64,000 nucleotides of DNA from Phallusia mammillata (lineage: Eukaryota). Made by a program: the position numbers and the translations under genes. Every line of letters begins with the position of its first letter. Positions within the stretch are counted from its first letter, which is position 1. The stretch spans positions 9,424,001 to 9,488,000 of the forward strand of contig OZ281499.1 of NCBI GenBank assembly GCA_965637545.1, in the 5' to 3' direction. Below are positions 36,001-46,900 of this stretch, one piece after another. Below the pieces are notes generated by a model, which did no database searches, was not told where the DNA came from, and saw only the letters and a list, made by a program, of their open reading frames with translations.

Positions 36001-38097
36001 TACTGCTCACTTCCTTGATTTCCCGAGAGGTAAATTGACATGCTAATAAAAAATAATTCGAGTTTGATTGGTGTGTGAAATTATAGCGGGTTAAGAAAAC
36101 TTGAAAAATCTGCAAAAGGGTAAACGAATAAAGAAAGTTTGAGAACCTATGGCCTCACATTTCGTATAAATTGAAACAATAGGTTTACACGTACCCTTTC
36201 CAGCTACAACTTCATCTTGGTCCTCGATCCAATCATAGATAGGAAATTCAACTTCCTTGCCTTCATATTTCACGATGATGTTGTTGCATAACCATTCGTC
36301 GTTGGCACCAGCTTTTTTGAGTTCTATAGCATAAAGTTTAATAAAAAATGTCTACCAAATCGAAAGTATCTAAAACAGTGGTTCTCAAACTTTTTTGACC
36401 GCGACCCAAATTTGAGTTTTATGAACATCTCACGACCCAAGCCTCAAACATCAAAAAATGTAACAACTTCGAGGCCACGTTGTCGCCGCATATGAGTCTG
36501 CCCATGTCAAAATGGCTGCGGGTTTAACGAGTTCGATTCGACAATACTACATAACACAACACATATTGTGGCTTTGTAGCACCATGGTCATTGATAGAAG
36601 TGAATCCCAAATCTAAAAATGTTTCCGTGTACGAATACTTACTCATCCTCAAACGCTAACTGGTACATCTCCACGTTCAGTTTTGCATGATTAACTTTTA
36701 TTCCCCATGCTATGACGTAACAATCGCCATGTGCGTAACAGCAAAAATCAGAAGGCTTTTGTCAATGATTAGTTCATTTTACTGTGCAACGTGGTCGAGT
36801 GAGGGGACTTTACTACTACAACATTAGGTAATTTCGTTTGTGTTTACTTAATGCGGTAATAGTTCGTTTGGACAGAATTGAACCACCATAGCGCGACCCA
36901 TTTTTTGACCCTGCGCGACCCATACTTTGAGAACCACTGATCTAAAAGGTATATTTATTTATGTATACTGCAATCGAGACAATAATCGTGGTTTTCCTAA
37001 CTTACTACTGACTATGAATATCAAAAATTAAGCTTACCAATCGATTATCTGATATAGAAAGATGCGCACAAACCCATACTGTTTGTCAGTACAAAATGGC
37101 GTGTTTCTATTAATTTGTGATGTTTTGTAAAGTTTAGACTTTCATAGACCGGTGTTCGGCAACCGCCGGGCCTCGACCAACATTTTTCCTGGTAAAGATA
37201 AACTCGGTCCTCGATAAAATTTCAGTTTCAAAAACGGCCCGCAGTGCAAAAAAGGTTGCAGACCCCTGACATAGACAACGTGCTCTATGTCTGTTAAACT
37301 GTAAACCGAAAATTTGTGGCCCAAATCTACAGTACTTTAAAGCAATGTGTTGTCATGCAAGGCAATTTTCACCAGATGGATTGGGACATACTTTGCGTTG
37401 GTCAAATAACCTAGAAGATAATTTTCCCAAATTGTACAAGTTCTCTTTACCTAATACAGTACTTACTGATTCGCAAAATAATAGGCAAACCGACATCTTT
37501 TGCTATAATATAAAACGTATTAACTTGTCCCTTCTCAAAATCATCAACAAGAAAATTATCAAGTTTTTTCCACTGGGTGGCGCTACCATCCTGACCGATC
37601 AGCATAACCGTGACATCAGCGTCCGTGTTGCTATCTGCATAAGCATCTCCAGTCTGTAAAAACGCATATGTTGGTAGTCAAGAAATTTGTGTTAACTTTC
37701 AATTTGACATAATCAATTTAATTGCCATGAAAGTGACTGATTGCAAAAAAATCGGCGGTTTTCATTCAAATAACGGTTTAGGAGGCAGTAACAAAAATTT
37801 AGAATTACTGCTCTTAATAGTTGGACCCAGAGAAACACGCCTGTGACACTTAAGATTAGTTACAGCAAGGTGAACAAATTATTAAGATCTACATAGAAAA
37901 ATTATGGACTTGTGTGAACTAAACAAACAAAGAATTATGGTCTTGTGTGAACTATGTGCTATCGCCTTTCAAACTGCAAAAACGTCATTGTCTTTTCCAA
38001 GAAACAATGCTTAACATTTATCAGTGTGACTTACGCGAACTACGATTGTGTATTTGGCATTTAGGTCATTAGCCGTTTTGCTTTGTCTTTTTCCCAT
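30031..38097 (-). CDS. Lipoxygenase LOX-A (PLAT + catalytic domain), 14 exons, 687 aa, Coffa-site Gly
   Basis: Exons 38097-38035, 37653-37467, 36323-36195, 35597-35343, 34672-34585, 34461-34302, 33821-33567, 33260-33068, 32604-32524, 32313-32195, 31856-31737, 31195-31061, 30798-30700 and 30210-30031 (2064 nt, phases consistent). Fe-ligand motifs [20 protein letters not shown] and C-terminal IPNYIAI*. Confidence 0.93.
35009..35260. mobile_element. Truncated copy of CAGAGTTG-terminated MITE (family 2)
   Basis: Shares the AGCCCG/ACCCG-rich terminal array with 42605-42930 and 48201-48561. The right end is not defined. Confidence 0.55.
36376..36939. mobile_element. hAT/Charlie-like non-autonomous element
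   Basis: TIRs CAGTGGTTCTCAAA / TTTGAGAACCACTG and perfect TSD ATCTAAAA. Confidence 0.9.
37150..37268. mobile_element. Short hAT MITE
   Basis: Ends CGGTGTTCGGCAACC / CAGGGGTCTGCAACC (reverse complement) and TSD TCATAGAC/ACATAGAC (7/8). Confidence 0.7.
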
Positions 38098-39008
38098 CTT
38101 TGCAATGTCTTTAAAGAAAAACTCTTTTTAAAAGAAAAAAACACCAATATCAATGTAAAACCAAAAACGAAAAGAAAAACGTTTACGAACTCACAGATTA
38201 CATGTATCGTATGAGACATTTTTGGTAATGAAGTTAGCTGCTTGTAGGAACGGTTTCTAATTTTTTTCTTTTTTTTCTTAATACAAAATTACCATTAAGC
38301 ATTTTAAAAAAACATTTGTTTGTATCCCATTTTATTGCGATGTCCTTCTTAAAAGAATCTTAACGCCTACTTCAGTCGCAAAGTTATAACTAGCATTTTT
38401 ATAGCACTTTACTACTATATTATCACCACAGAAGATGTTAGTAGCTGCTCTCAGTCTATTCTTTTACCTATTTTTTTTATAAAAGTGACGCGTTTACCAT
38501 TTGCGCATCAGGGATATATGTGAGTAGTTACCCTGATGAAGACAACCTTTATAGGACGTCGAAACGTTGGTACAAAAATGCAATTGCCAGAAAGTTGATA
38601 CTATACCTGACAGCTACAGCTTATATGAATTGGAACATAAAATGAAAGTACGTTGCATTTTATAATACGACATTCTCACTTCGTGTTACTAAACTTGACT
38701 GTTTTTCACAAAATTCGTGCTGCAGGTAGGCTATACCACGCTTTTTGCATGATGCACTGTGCACTTCCTGTAAATTTGAGTGACATTTAAAACAAAATGT
38801 CAGCATTATTGATAAAAGACCAAAGGCTGTTGCAACCTTACTGTGCTCAGATTAATTGTGGATGAGTTTGTCCAATCTTTTGCAATATACGCTATGACAA
38901 ACTCTAAAGGAAATATTATTCGCCGATGACTAACTGAAAACGGAAGGTAATTCAAGTATATTCTAACTTGTGACAACATATGATATGACAGAACTCAATG
39001 TCCAACTA

Positions 39009-39992
39009 TTAACAGAAACTAAACAACTCTTGTATGCATTGATTTTGTCCAAGGATTTTTCGCCGCAAATTTAGATACGGGCTTTTTAAGTTACGTACAC
39101 AGTGAACCCCACGATTCACTACCACGGTCAGTGGCGTATCCAAGGGGGGAGTTTGGGGGTCCGGTTTCGAATCTCGGAAGGATGATTCCGCAAATTCGCC
39201 ACCTGACTGCATGGGCTGTTTCATCTGACGGCGGGTTGTCACAGACGACAGGACACGGATAAATGCGCTTGACACGTTACTCTCACTGGTCGGCGCTAAA
39301 ACAAGACTGTCATCACTTGGTTGCTCGAGAATCTGATGTAACGAAGAAACACGACTCTTTGCTTCCAACATTTGCACCTTAACGCTAGGGCGATCCCTAA
39401 ACAGTTCTTGATCCTGCTCCTCGCCGACAGTATGTGATATGCCGCTCTGCTTCGCCGTCGTCTGGTTCGAAGAAACCGTCTCGTCTCCCTCCACCGAATG
39501 CAATTGCGATTTGACCAGCTCCTGCGATAACTCAGCTTGTTGCCCAACGGTCATCGTCTCAGGCGTGGCGTTTTGCTCCACTGAATCGCAGATTTCCGTC
39601 GTCTTTTGGTCCAAAGAAACCGTCTTGCTTCTCTTCACAATCTGCAGATCCATTTTTACGACCTCCTGCGATGAGTCTGCTTTAATCGTTTTCATTGCCA
39701 GTTCGTGTTCCATTTCACGAATCCTTTCTTCCCTGTTTCGTCTTTTCTGTGCAGCCTCGGCATCGCGTCTTCTTTGCGCAGCCTCTGCATCACGTCTTAT
39801 CTGTGCAACCTCTGCATCGCATTTTCTCTGTGCAGCCTCGACATCGCGTCTCCACTGCGCAACCTCGGCTTCGTTGTACTCTAGCCCCGCAAGTTCATCA
39901 AGTGTCATCTGCTCCTTCACGAACTCGCGTACCTCCTCGTCAACATACGCTAGCTGCTTCCCTAATTCCGCGTACTCCGCCTCAGACATCAT
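39009..39992 (-). other. 327-aa chimeric ORF: retroelement gag-like N-terminus reading through a hAT TIR into flanking DNA
   Basis: Starts just downstream of the LTR and PBS. ELGKQL..EEVREFVKEQ followed by coiled-coil RRDAEAAQ repeats. PDPQTPPLDTPL is the reverse-complement TIR of the enclosing DNA element. Confidence 0.6.
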
Positions 39993-40039
39993 TGCCGATC
40001 TTACAGGGGTTAGTGTTCAACTTCGCGTTTTTAAGTCAG

Positions 40040-40057
40040 ATCCCGGACGAGCCCCCA
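40040..40057 (-). promoter_or_regulatory. Primer-binding site for tRNA-Pro
   Basis: TGGGGGCTCGTCCGGGAT, the canonical 18-nt PBS-Pro, lies 2 nt downstream of the LTR end. Confidence 0.92.
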
Positions 40058-40059
40058 GA

Positions 40060-40488
40060 TGTCACGTTCCCGTTTTCACGGGTACGCAAAAGATTGGGAC
40101 TGACTATGGAAGTTCCTTAACAGCTAACGCTCGTGTACTCTGATCGGCAGCAAAAACTTTCCTTTTACATTTATTCACGTTCAACCACACGTAATCAAAA
40201 TAACAAACAAACAATCCAGCACTATTTTGCAGTTCTCTCAATTCTATGTTCTATCTCCGTTATGTTATCCTTAAATCGTGAAATAGGGGCTCTTATATCG
40301 CCTGCGTAACAATGATGGGGGAAAAGGCGATACATCCCTACAACCATTTCCCATGGATAAAACAACGGACAAGGCAACGGGTAACGGCAACGATAGACTC
40401 TAGAGTCTAGACGTACAGAAATTATCCGTGACGCGTTGTAACTGGATCGCAGGATATTGTCATGGGGCGGTCTAGAATATTTGTGACA
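40060..40488 (-). mobile_element. 5' LTR (429 bp) of a probably Gypsy-type retrotransposon; no partner LTR seen
   Basis: TGTCAC...GTGACA inverted termini, followed by the PBS and a gag-like ORF. Confidence 0.8.
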
Positions 40489-40916
40489 CAGCTGCAGTTT
40501 AAGTAAGCTAGATGGCAGCGGCGAAATCAGGAAACTACAAAGCTGTCGCGAAAATTATTTGTTATTTGTAAAATTATTTGTTAGTCGAAAGTTGGATTAG
40601 GTTTCGGTCTTGTACCTTCGGGTTAAAGTGCTCGTTTTTAACAAGAAAACGAAATAGGCAACGGGACAATTGAGTGGTAGTTTGACGTGTGAATTACGTA
40701 TTTAGTTTCGTGGGGTCTAACGTATTTGTGTGGGAAATTTTCCACAGATCTAATGACGTCATTAGGGAAATTCCCAAAATAAAATGTTGGACCCCCCCCC
40801 CCCCTTTAAAAATTTCTGGATATGCCCCTGACCACGGTCACATGGGTACCAAGGGGTTCACTAAAAAGTTATGTAAACATATGCATTGTGTGTATGACAG
40901 CATACATTATCTAGAA

Positions 40917-41524
40917 CAGTGGATCTCAACCTGCGATACGCAAGTAGCTTTCTGTTATACTTAATTTAGGTCAGATCCAAAATTGTTACCAAACTAATCA
41001 CCCCTGGTTTTGGACATTTCTTTAAAATTGCCAACTTTGCTGGTTTTCAGAAACATGCAAGCCTTGCCGAGAAAATTAGTCCCGTCCAAATGAGGCAGTG
41101 GTGGCCAAACTGCGGCCCGCGGGCCGCATCCGGCCCCCAGTCCTGTTTCATCCGGCCCGACAAACACCTTGCCTGGTTTTTTTCCAAGCACCATATTTAC
41201 CACTGGGAACAAGCAGTGCAACAGCGCTGGCTGCTACTAGCAATAGCTTGTGGCAAGCGTTGTTATTTTTAGAATAAATGCCCTTGCAGCGTTATTTTTA
41301 GAACAGTTTGCCAACCATGACGTATAGCTAACATAGTCTGTATGTGCTCTTTTTCCGTTACGACAAATTTTACGTAAATCTCATTTAATCCGGCCCTCCA
41401 GTGGCAAGACAGTTGCAAATTTGGCCCTCTGGTAAAAAAGTTTGGCCACCCCTGAAATAGGGTTTAGGTAGTATGCAGCGAAAATAAAAGTGGTATGCGA
41501 TCAGCATAAGGTTGAGAACCACTG
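40917..41524. mobile_element. hAT MITE with a second hAT MITE nested inside (41096-41454)
   Basis: Outer TIR CAGTGGATCTCAACCT / AGGTTGAGAACCACTG with TSD ATCTAGAA/TTCTAGAA. Inner TIR CAGTGGTGGCCAAACT / AGTTTGGCCACCCCTG with TSD 6/8. Confidence 0.8.
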
Positions 41525-41698
41525 TTCTAGAATGAACGGTGGTATGGCGCCCTTGCCTGGTTCTACCAACGTTTCCCCAGCGGGCTGTCGCATCTGTTAA
41601 TAAAGTCTGTAGCCCGTTTTACCTTGCCCAGCCGATTACGACCCTAGCAGTTTGACCATTCCTTAGTTCTACAACACTGACACATATTTAGCCCTAAT

Positions 41699-41878
41699 CA
41701 GTGGTGGGATTCAATGTTTTTGTCAGCCGGTTCTATCATAAAAATCATATTTTTCAGCCGGTTTTGTTACAAAAAGTCCATCGACAGTAACCAGTAATGC
41801 TAACCGGTTCGCTGATCTCAAAAAAATTCGTGAGACGGTTCTATAGAACCGGTGCGAACCGGCTCAATCCCACCACTG
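41699..41878. mobile_element. hAT MITE family 1 (inverted copy of 1066-1241)
   Basis: Same TIRs and internal AACCGGTTC motifs. TSD GCCCTAAT/GTCCTAAT. Confidence 0.88.
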
Positions 41879-42604
41879 GTCCTAATAGAGTGAAATAAGC
41901 TCAACTTAAATCAGTATCGCTTTTTATCATTTTGTGTGGACTGTATCGTTTTTAGTTTGCATTAAAAGAGCCGCGCTAAACGCTAGAATGTAATTTACGG
42001 ACCAAGTATCGTGCTGTTTCTGCTTTGGGCACTTGCGTTTATAGAGTTTTCTATTGGCTCTGAGTGTTACTTAACAATTCAAATTTTGTTTAACCCTCAA
42101 CGGCGTAAACATAATATTGACTATAACTTTTATGCATTAAAGCAGTTAAAAAGCAGTGATAACCAAGTCGCCACGAACTTTAATTTTCTACGAATCGGCA
42201 GCGACTGCAATTAATTTACAATGGGTTTGAATCAGGAAATAAGCTTGATCAAAACAATGACTGTGTGCAAACTGACGTACGCCATGTGAATGATTGATTC
42301 ACAACAACAATCTAAATACTGCAGATAGTTTTGCGCATAATATTAATAACGCCATATCTTGTTATGCAACCAAATGCACAACAACGATTTTATTCGTAAA
42401 TGTTCTTTCAAAGACCATAGACCAAAATCTGATCAATCAGTCCAATTTATATTTGCAAATTTGACAAAATTATCATTTTCGTTTTCAACCGCCAACTTGC
42501 ATACGAAAGCTGGTGAAAATCCGTTTAAAGTCCTAACCTGGATAAATCTCAAATTTCAAATGGTTCGTGGCCTAAGATGGATTAAGAAACTTCATTAGAT
42601 ATGG

Positions 42605-42930
42605 CAAAGTTGTAAGCGGACCCGAAATTTGAGCCAGAACCCGAAAGCATAAGCCCAGGCCGAACCCGAATAGTGTTAAAAAAGCCCGTTTAAGCCTGAA
42701 AGTTTGATTAACAGGTCTATAATGAAGAAGACACACATAATGGAAAATAACAGACAATGGCCCAAACAAGATGCTTTAGGGCTGTTGGGCATAACGTTAT
42801 ATTCAACTAGCTTGATAATTGATATTTTAAAAGTTTACTGAACAGAATGTAAAGTCAGGTCCGAATCAAGCCCGTTTGTTAAACAAAGCCCGAACCCGAC
42901 CCGAAAAGCCCGGCCCGACTTACAACTCTG
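42605..42930. mobile_element. MITE family 2
   Basis: Ends CAAAGTTGTAAGC / CAGAGTTGTAAGT (reverse complement) and homologous to 48201-48561. TSD not evident. Confidence 0.7.
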
Positions 42931-43970
42931 AACTACACTAAACATTTCACTAAGCTCAGATAAAATGTTGCTGCTCGACTTAATAAACAACACAAATGCT
43001 AATTAAGTCCTATCAAATCTGTAAACAAAATATTCATGACAGCTTCCTCTAATTGCAGGTAGCAATTTATAACACACATTTTTTATTGCTTATTCTGTGC
43101 TCAATACTTTATCGTTGTTTTCGCAGTTGGCTTTACAGTTCCCTGGGTCTAATCATGAACTTCCGTAAAGTTACAGAAATTTGTAGGCAAAGCAGACAAC
43201 AATCAACATATTGAATCTGCGGATGTTATAGCTGGTTGCTGGAAAATTACACAAGCACACGCAACACAGCACTTGCCATGAAATAAAGCTTGCAAATTTC
43301 GTTTCATGCATAAACAACTGATCACAAATAAACATAACTTATAAAACAATATTAAAGCGTAAATGGCAGTTTTTAAATTTTATTGTATTTTTTGTTTTAC
43401 TTGGTTATGTGAGGCAAGCAAAGCATTGTACAACAGCTCATAAACTTGGCAGTACAACATATGAAACAATACCAACTGCACATAAAAAAAACAAGCATAC
43501 TGCATCGAAAATTGTAGCGTTTGTAGACTGCTGTATGCGATTTGGTTATTAGATTTAGAGATTTAAAGAAACGTGGTTCGTGAGGAAAATTTGTTCAGAA
43601 TAAGTCACAACTACAGATATCTATTCTTGCTGGAGAGAATCGACTTCTTATTCATGCTTCTGACGTTTGGTGATGGTTATTTCAGCACAGCCCATACCAC
43701 AAACAGGTGGTCCTGGCTTGTTTACGATCAGTTTGGCTTGGTCATTGGTTTTGTTCGTGATTGCTGGTCAATCCTGCTCAGTTATTGCGAATAATAGTCA
43801 GGTTTACTGTACATCGAGTTTTGTGCTTTGTAAGACTTTGTCAAAAGAACGTTGCAGTATTATTATTACAATTGTTTGTTGCACGTAAAAACTTAATTAC
43901 AGCATTGCTTGATACTCATTTTGGTAAAAACATTTTAAAAAAGCGGTTGGTCAGATGTGTAGGGACAGCT

Positions 43971-46900
43971 CTATATGGCAATGTAGTTGGGAATTTTTTC
44001 AGGGAGTAAATAGGTGTATGGGCGCGAGATTCCTGCATTTCTCTGTTGTATTTTTTTGCCAAACACCTCTAGGTCCTCTTTAAAGATGCGTTGCAAGTTT
44101 AGGATCGAATCTTCGACATACAAGCGTTCGGGAAAGTTGCCGATATACACCTGGAAAAGAAAACGCAGCAAGATGAAAAAAATCTCCGGAGATTTTAAGG
44201 GGTCCTGAATAAACGACTGATGTTTTAGAAAGTAGACTATTTTTTATTAAAGTTTGATAAAGAAAGGTGTTTAAAATTATGCTTTGTGAAGGTTTATCTG
44301 ATACTTTTCTACTGCTATTGAAACTGCCTGTTTTATTTGTCGTGATGCAATTGTTCTTACCTCGTTGGGTGCGTACGACGACAACACATAGCTGAACACG
44401 ATGTAAGCTTGACTCATTTTCATGTCTGGCAACGAATCAATAATTCTTTGCTTTGAACCCTACGTCAAAAATTACAAAGACTTGTAAAATTGCAATTTAA
44501 TAATAATGGTTAAAATGTGATTTATCCACGTCCTACACTATTGTAAGACAGTTAACAAAACCAGTAGCCTTTCGTCTGTTTTTGTTAATGATCCGCTAAG
44601 CCTAAGAAGATCAAAAGATGGAGCAATCAGAGGACATTTGCAAGGTTGTAGATTTGAATTTTGTTCATGTCTTTCTAAAGTAGTAAACTTAAGCGTTATT
44701 CTTACAGACCCATGAAATTAAATCCAAAGCCACATTAGTTTTGCCTGCTCATCTAAATCACAAAAAAACAATTAATCTTTTTTCAGAGGCAAAATCGAGC
44801 ACTTGCACTCCCCTTAACAAAATCAAGCGCAATTCAAATATCGGAAGGGAAAACATAATCAACAACAGAAAAATACAAACTGAAATATAAGCATAGAAAT
44901 GGCTTGCTGACTAAATGTGGGATTTCTGACAAAATTAAGGTCAAATATTAATGTTGTAGCGACCCCTGTTGCTTATTTATTTCTTACGAAGCGTGACGTT
45001 TGCCTTTTTCCTATTGTGCGTGTGTTTTGCCTTTTTCGTTTGGTCCGCACGTTTGCTATGCGTTTGGTTTGACGCGTCATTCTATTATTTGCGATTGAAA
45101 TAAACGGACGCTACAATGTAATAATTTTTTTGACGGTTTGGTGCAGGTAGTCTATTTTTTAACTTACTTCTCCCCTCTTGTGTGCTGGTAATCTCATACC
45201 ACCCGGTGAGCTCGGAATAAACTTGTACGTTTCAAATTGACCGAAGTTGACAGCTGCATGCTGTGCTGTACTCGTGAAAATAATCACCGTGCAAATTTCG
45301 ATCTGAAAAAATACAGCACAATTTTGATAAGTATTCCTAATTTTTCTTTGATTTAAAACCTGCATGCCAACGTTCAATTTTGCTGTTTTTTTTTTTTCCA
45401 GTCCAATACAAATTTCTGTGACAAGGGCACCCTCGGTATTAGGCGCGATAACAGGCGGCACTCACTCAAGACAAGTTATCCTTTATGCTGTCTTCAGAAA
45501 CATTGTTAGTACACAAATATATCCTAAAGCTGTGCTCTGCAGCCAGAGTGCTGCGTGACTTTGCTACACTGGTTGACTCCATCAAAACACTCCCAAATAA
45601 TTAATACTAAAAGCGCAATATACACAGAAGGTTTTTTTTTAACCTACGAGGTAAATTTGATTTACTTTTGTCAATTTTTTTGTTTAAATGGACATAACTT
45701 ATCAGTTTTTGATGTTAGAAATCCTGTGCATCACCCCGACATACGCAATATGTCGCCCACCCTATATATAACAGGCGTAACGCGTGGCATTAAAACAATT
45801 CTTTAACGAGTCGTACCGCGAGACACAAAAACAACGATACTATATCTTTTATTAACGAAACTGCGCTATTTTTACAATATTATCGTTAAAACAACAAAAA
45901 TTATACGGAATAAATGTTGAAAGATTCAAATTCATACATATAAAAGTCAAATATTTACCAATTGTTCGCGCGTATCTAAATGCTCAGGAATTCCTCTGGT
46001 GTTATTGTCAAACCATCCAAATCCTTCGTTAGCGAGATCCGAAATCCAGTCTTGCAGCTCACTGTCTTCCACAATGTCCTAAAAACAGTTCTTGGTTTAT
46101 TCAATTTGCTTTAAAATCTGCAACCCTCGGACCTTAGCAAAACAGTACATTAGCAAGCTCTTCCACCAACAGCCGCATAGGTTGTCATTTTACCGTAACA
46201 TGAGTTAAAAACAGTAAAAGGTCAGTTAAGTCATTTTTGTTACTTGGTTGCTTGTATAAAACTGTTTGAGTATTCCGGCAACAAAAGATTCCATAATACT
46301 CCACAGTTCCAATGCATCATCCCGATAATAGTACTCGGGTAAGATTTTCGCATCATCCAAACCTAAAACGTTTTAAAGTATTCTAAAACCATGTCTATTG
46401 GCATGCAAATGTGAGTGGTTTAAATGTCATTGTAATTTTTTATTGGGTACATCTAATTGCAAAAAAGCATTGAAATACAGGAATGGAAATCTCACTTACC
46501 AAGCTTTTTTACCAGTTTGGGGATGCAAAGATCGTCAAAGTGGAAAGTAGCGTAAACTTTCTTTGCAGTTTCCGAGGCAGCTGTAAAATATATAGGCGCA
46601 ATGTTTAAAACATAGATTACGTTTCCAAGCAAATCATCTCACAAAAGAAGTAAACCGAAATCGACAACGGTTACTAAATAGTACTACGTGAGACACAAGA
46701 CACAAGAACGTGAGATTTAGCATTGGATTTTAACAGTTTAGTTGTAGTTTTTCCACAAAGGTCTGTCGGAGCAGTTGATTTGTCACGGCGCCGTCGGCTT
46801 GCTAGCATTTAATGTTTTCCCGAGAGTTTGTACCGTTACGTACTATTGTAATAAACTTTGCAGTATAAACTCTACCAAAACAAGCAACCGAAATCAGATT

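Larger units (their letters stand above)
39129..40830. mobile_element. Composite hAT-type DNA element enclosing an LTR-retrotransposon 5' fragment
   Basis: TIRs CAGTGGCGTATCCA / CAGGGGCATATCCA (reverse complement) and perfect 8-bp TSD ACCACGGT (39121-39128, 40831-40838). Confidence 0.85.

Noticed and set aside
38969-38976. TGTCACAA (minus) as a possible start of the missing 3' LTR
   Set aside because: Similarity ends after 8 nt, there is no upstream PPT, and it lies outside the TSD-bounded unit.
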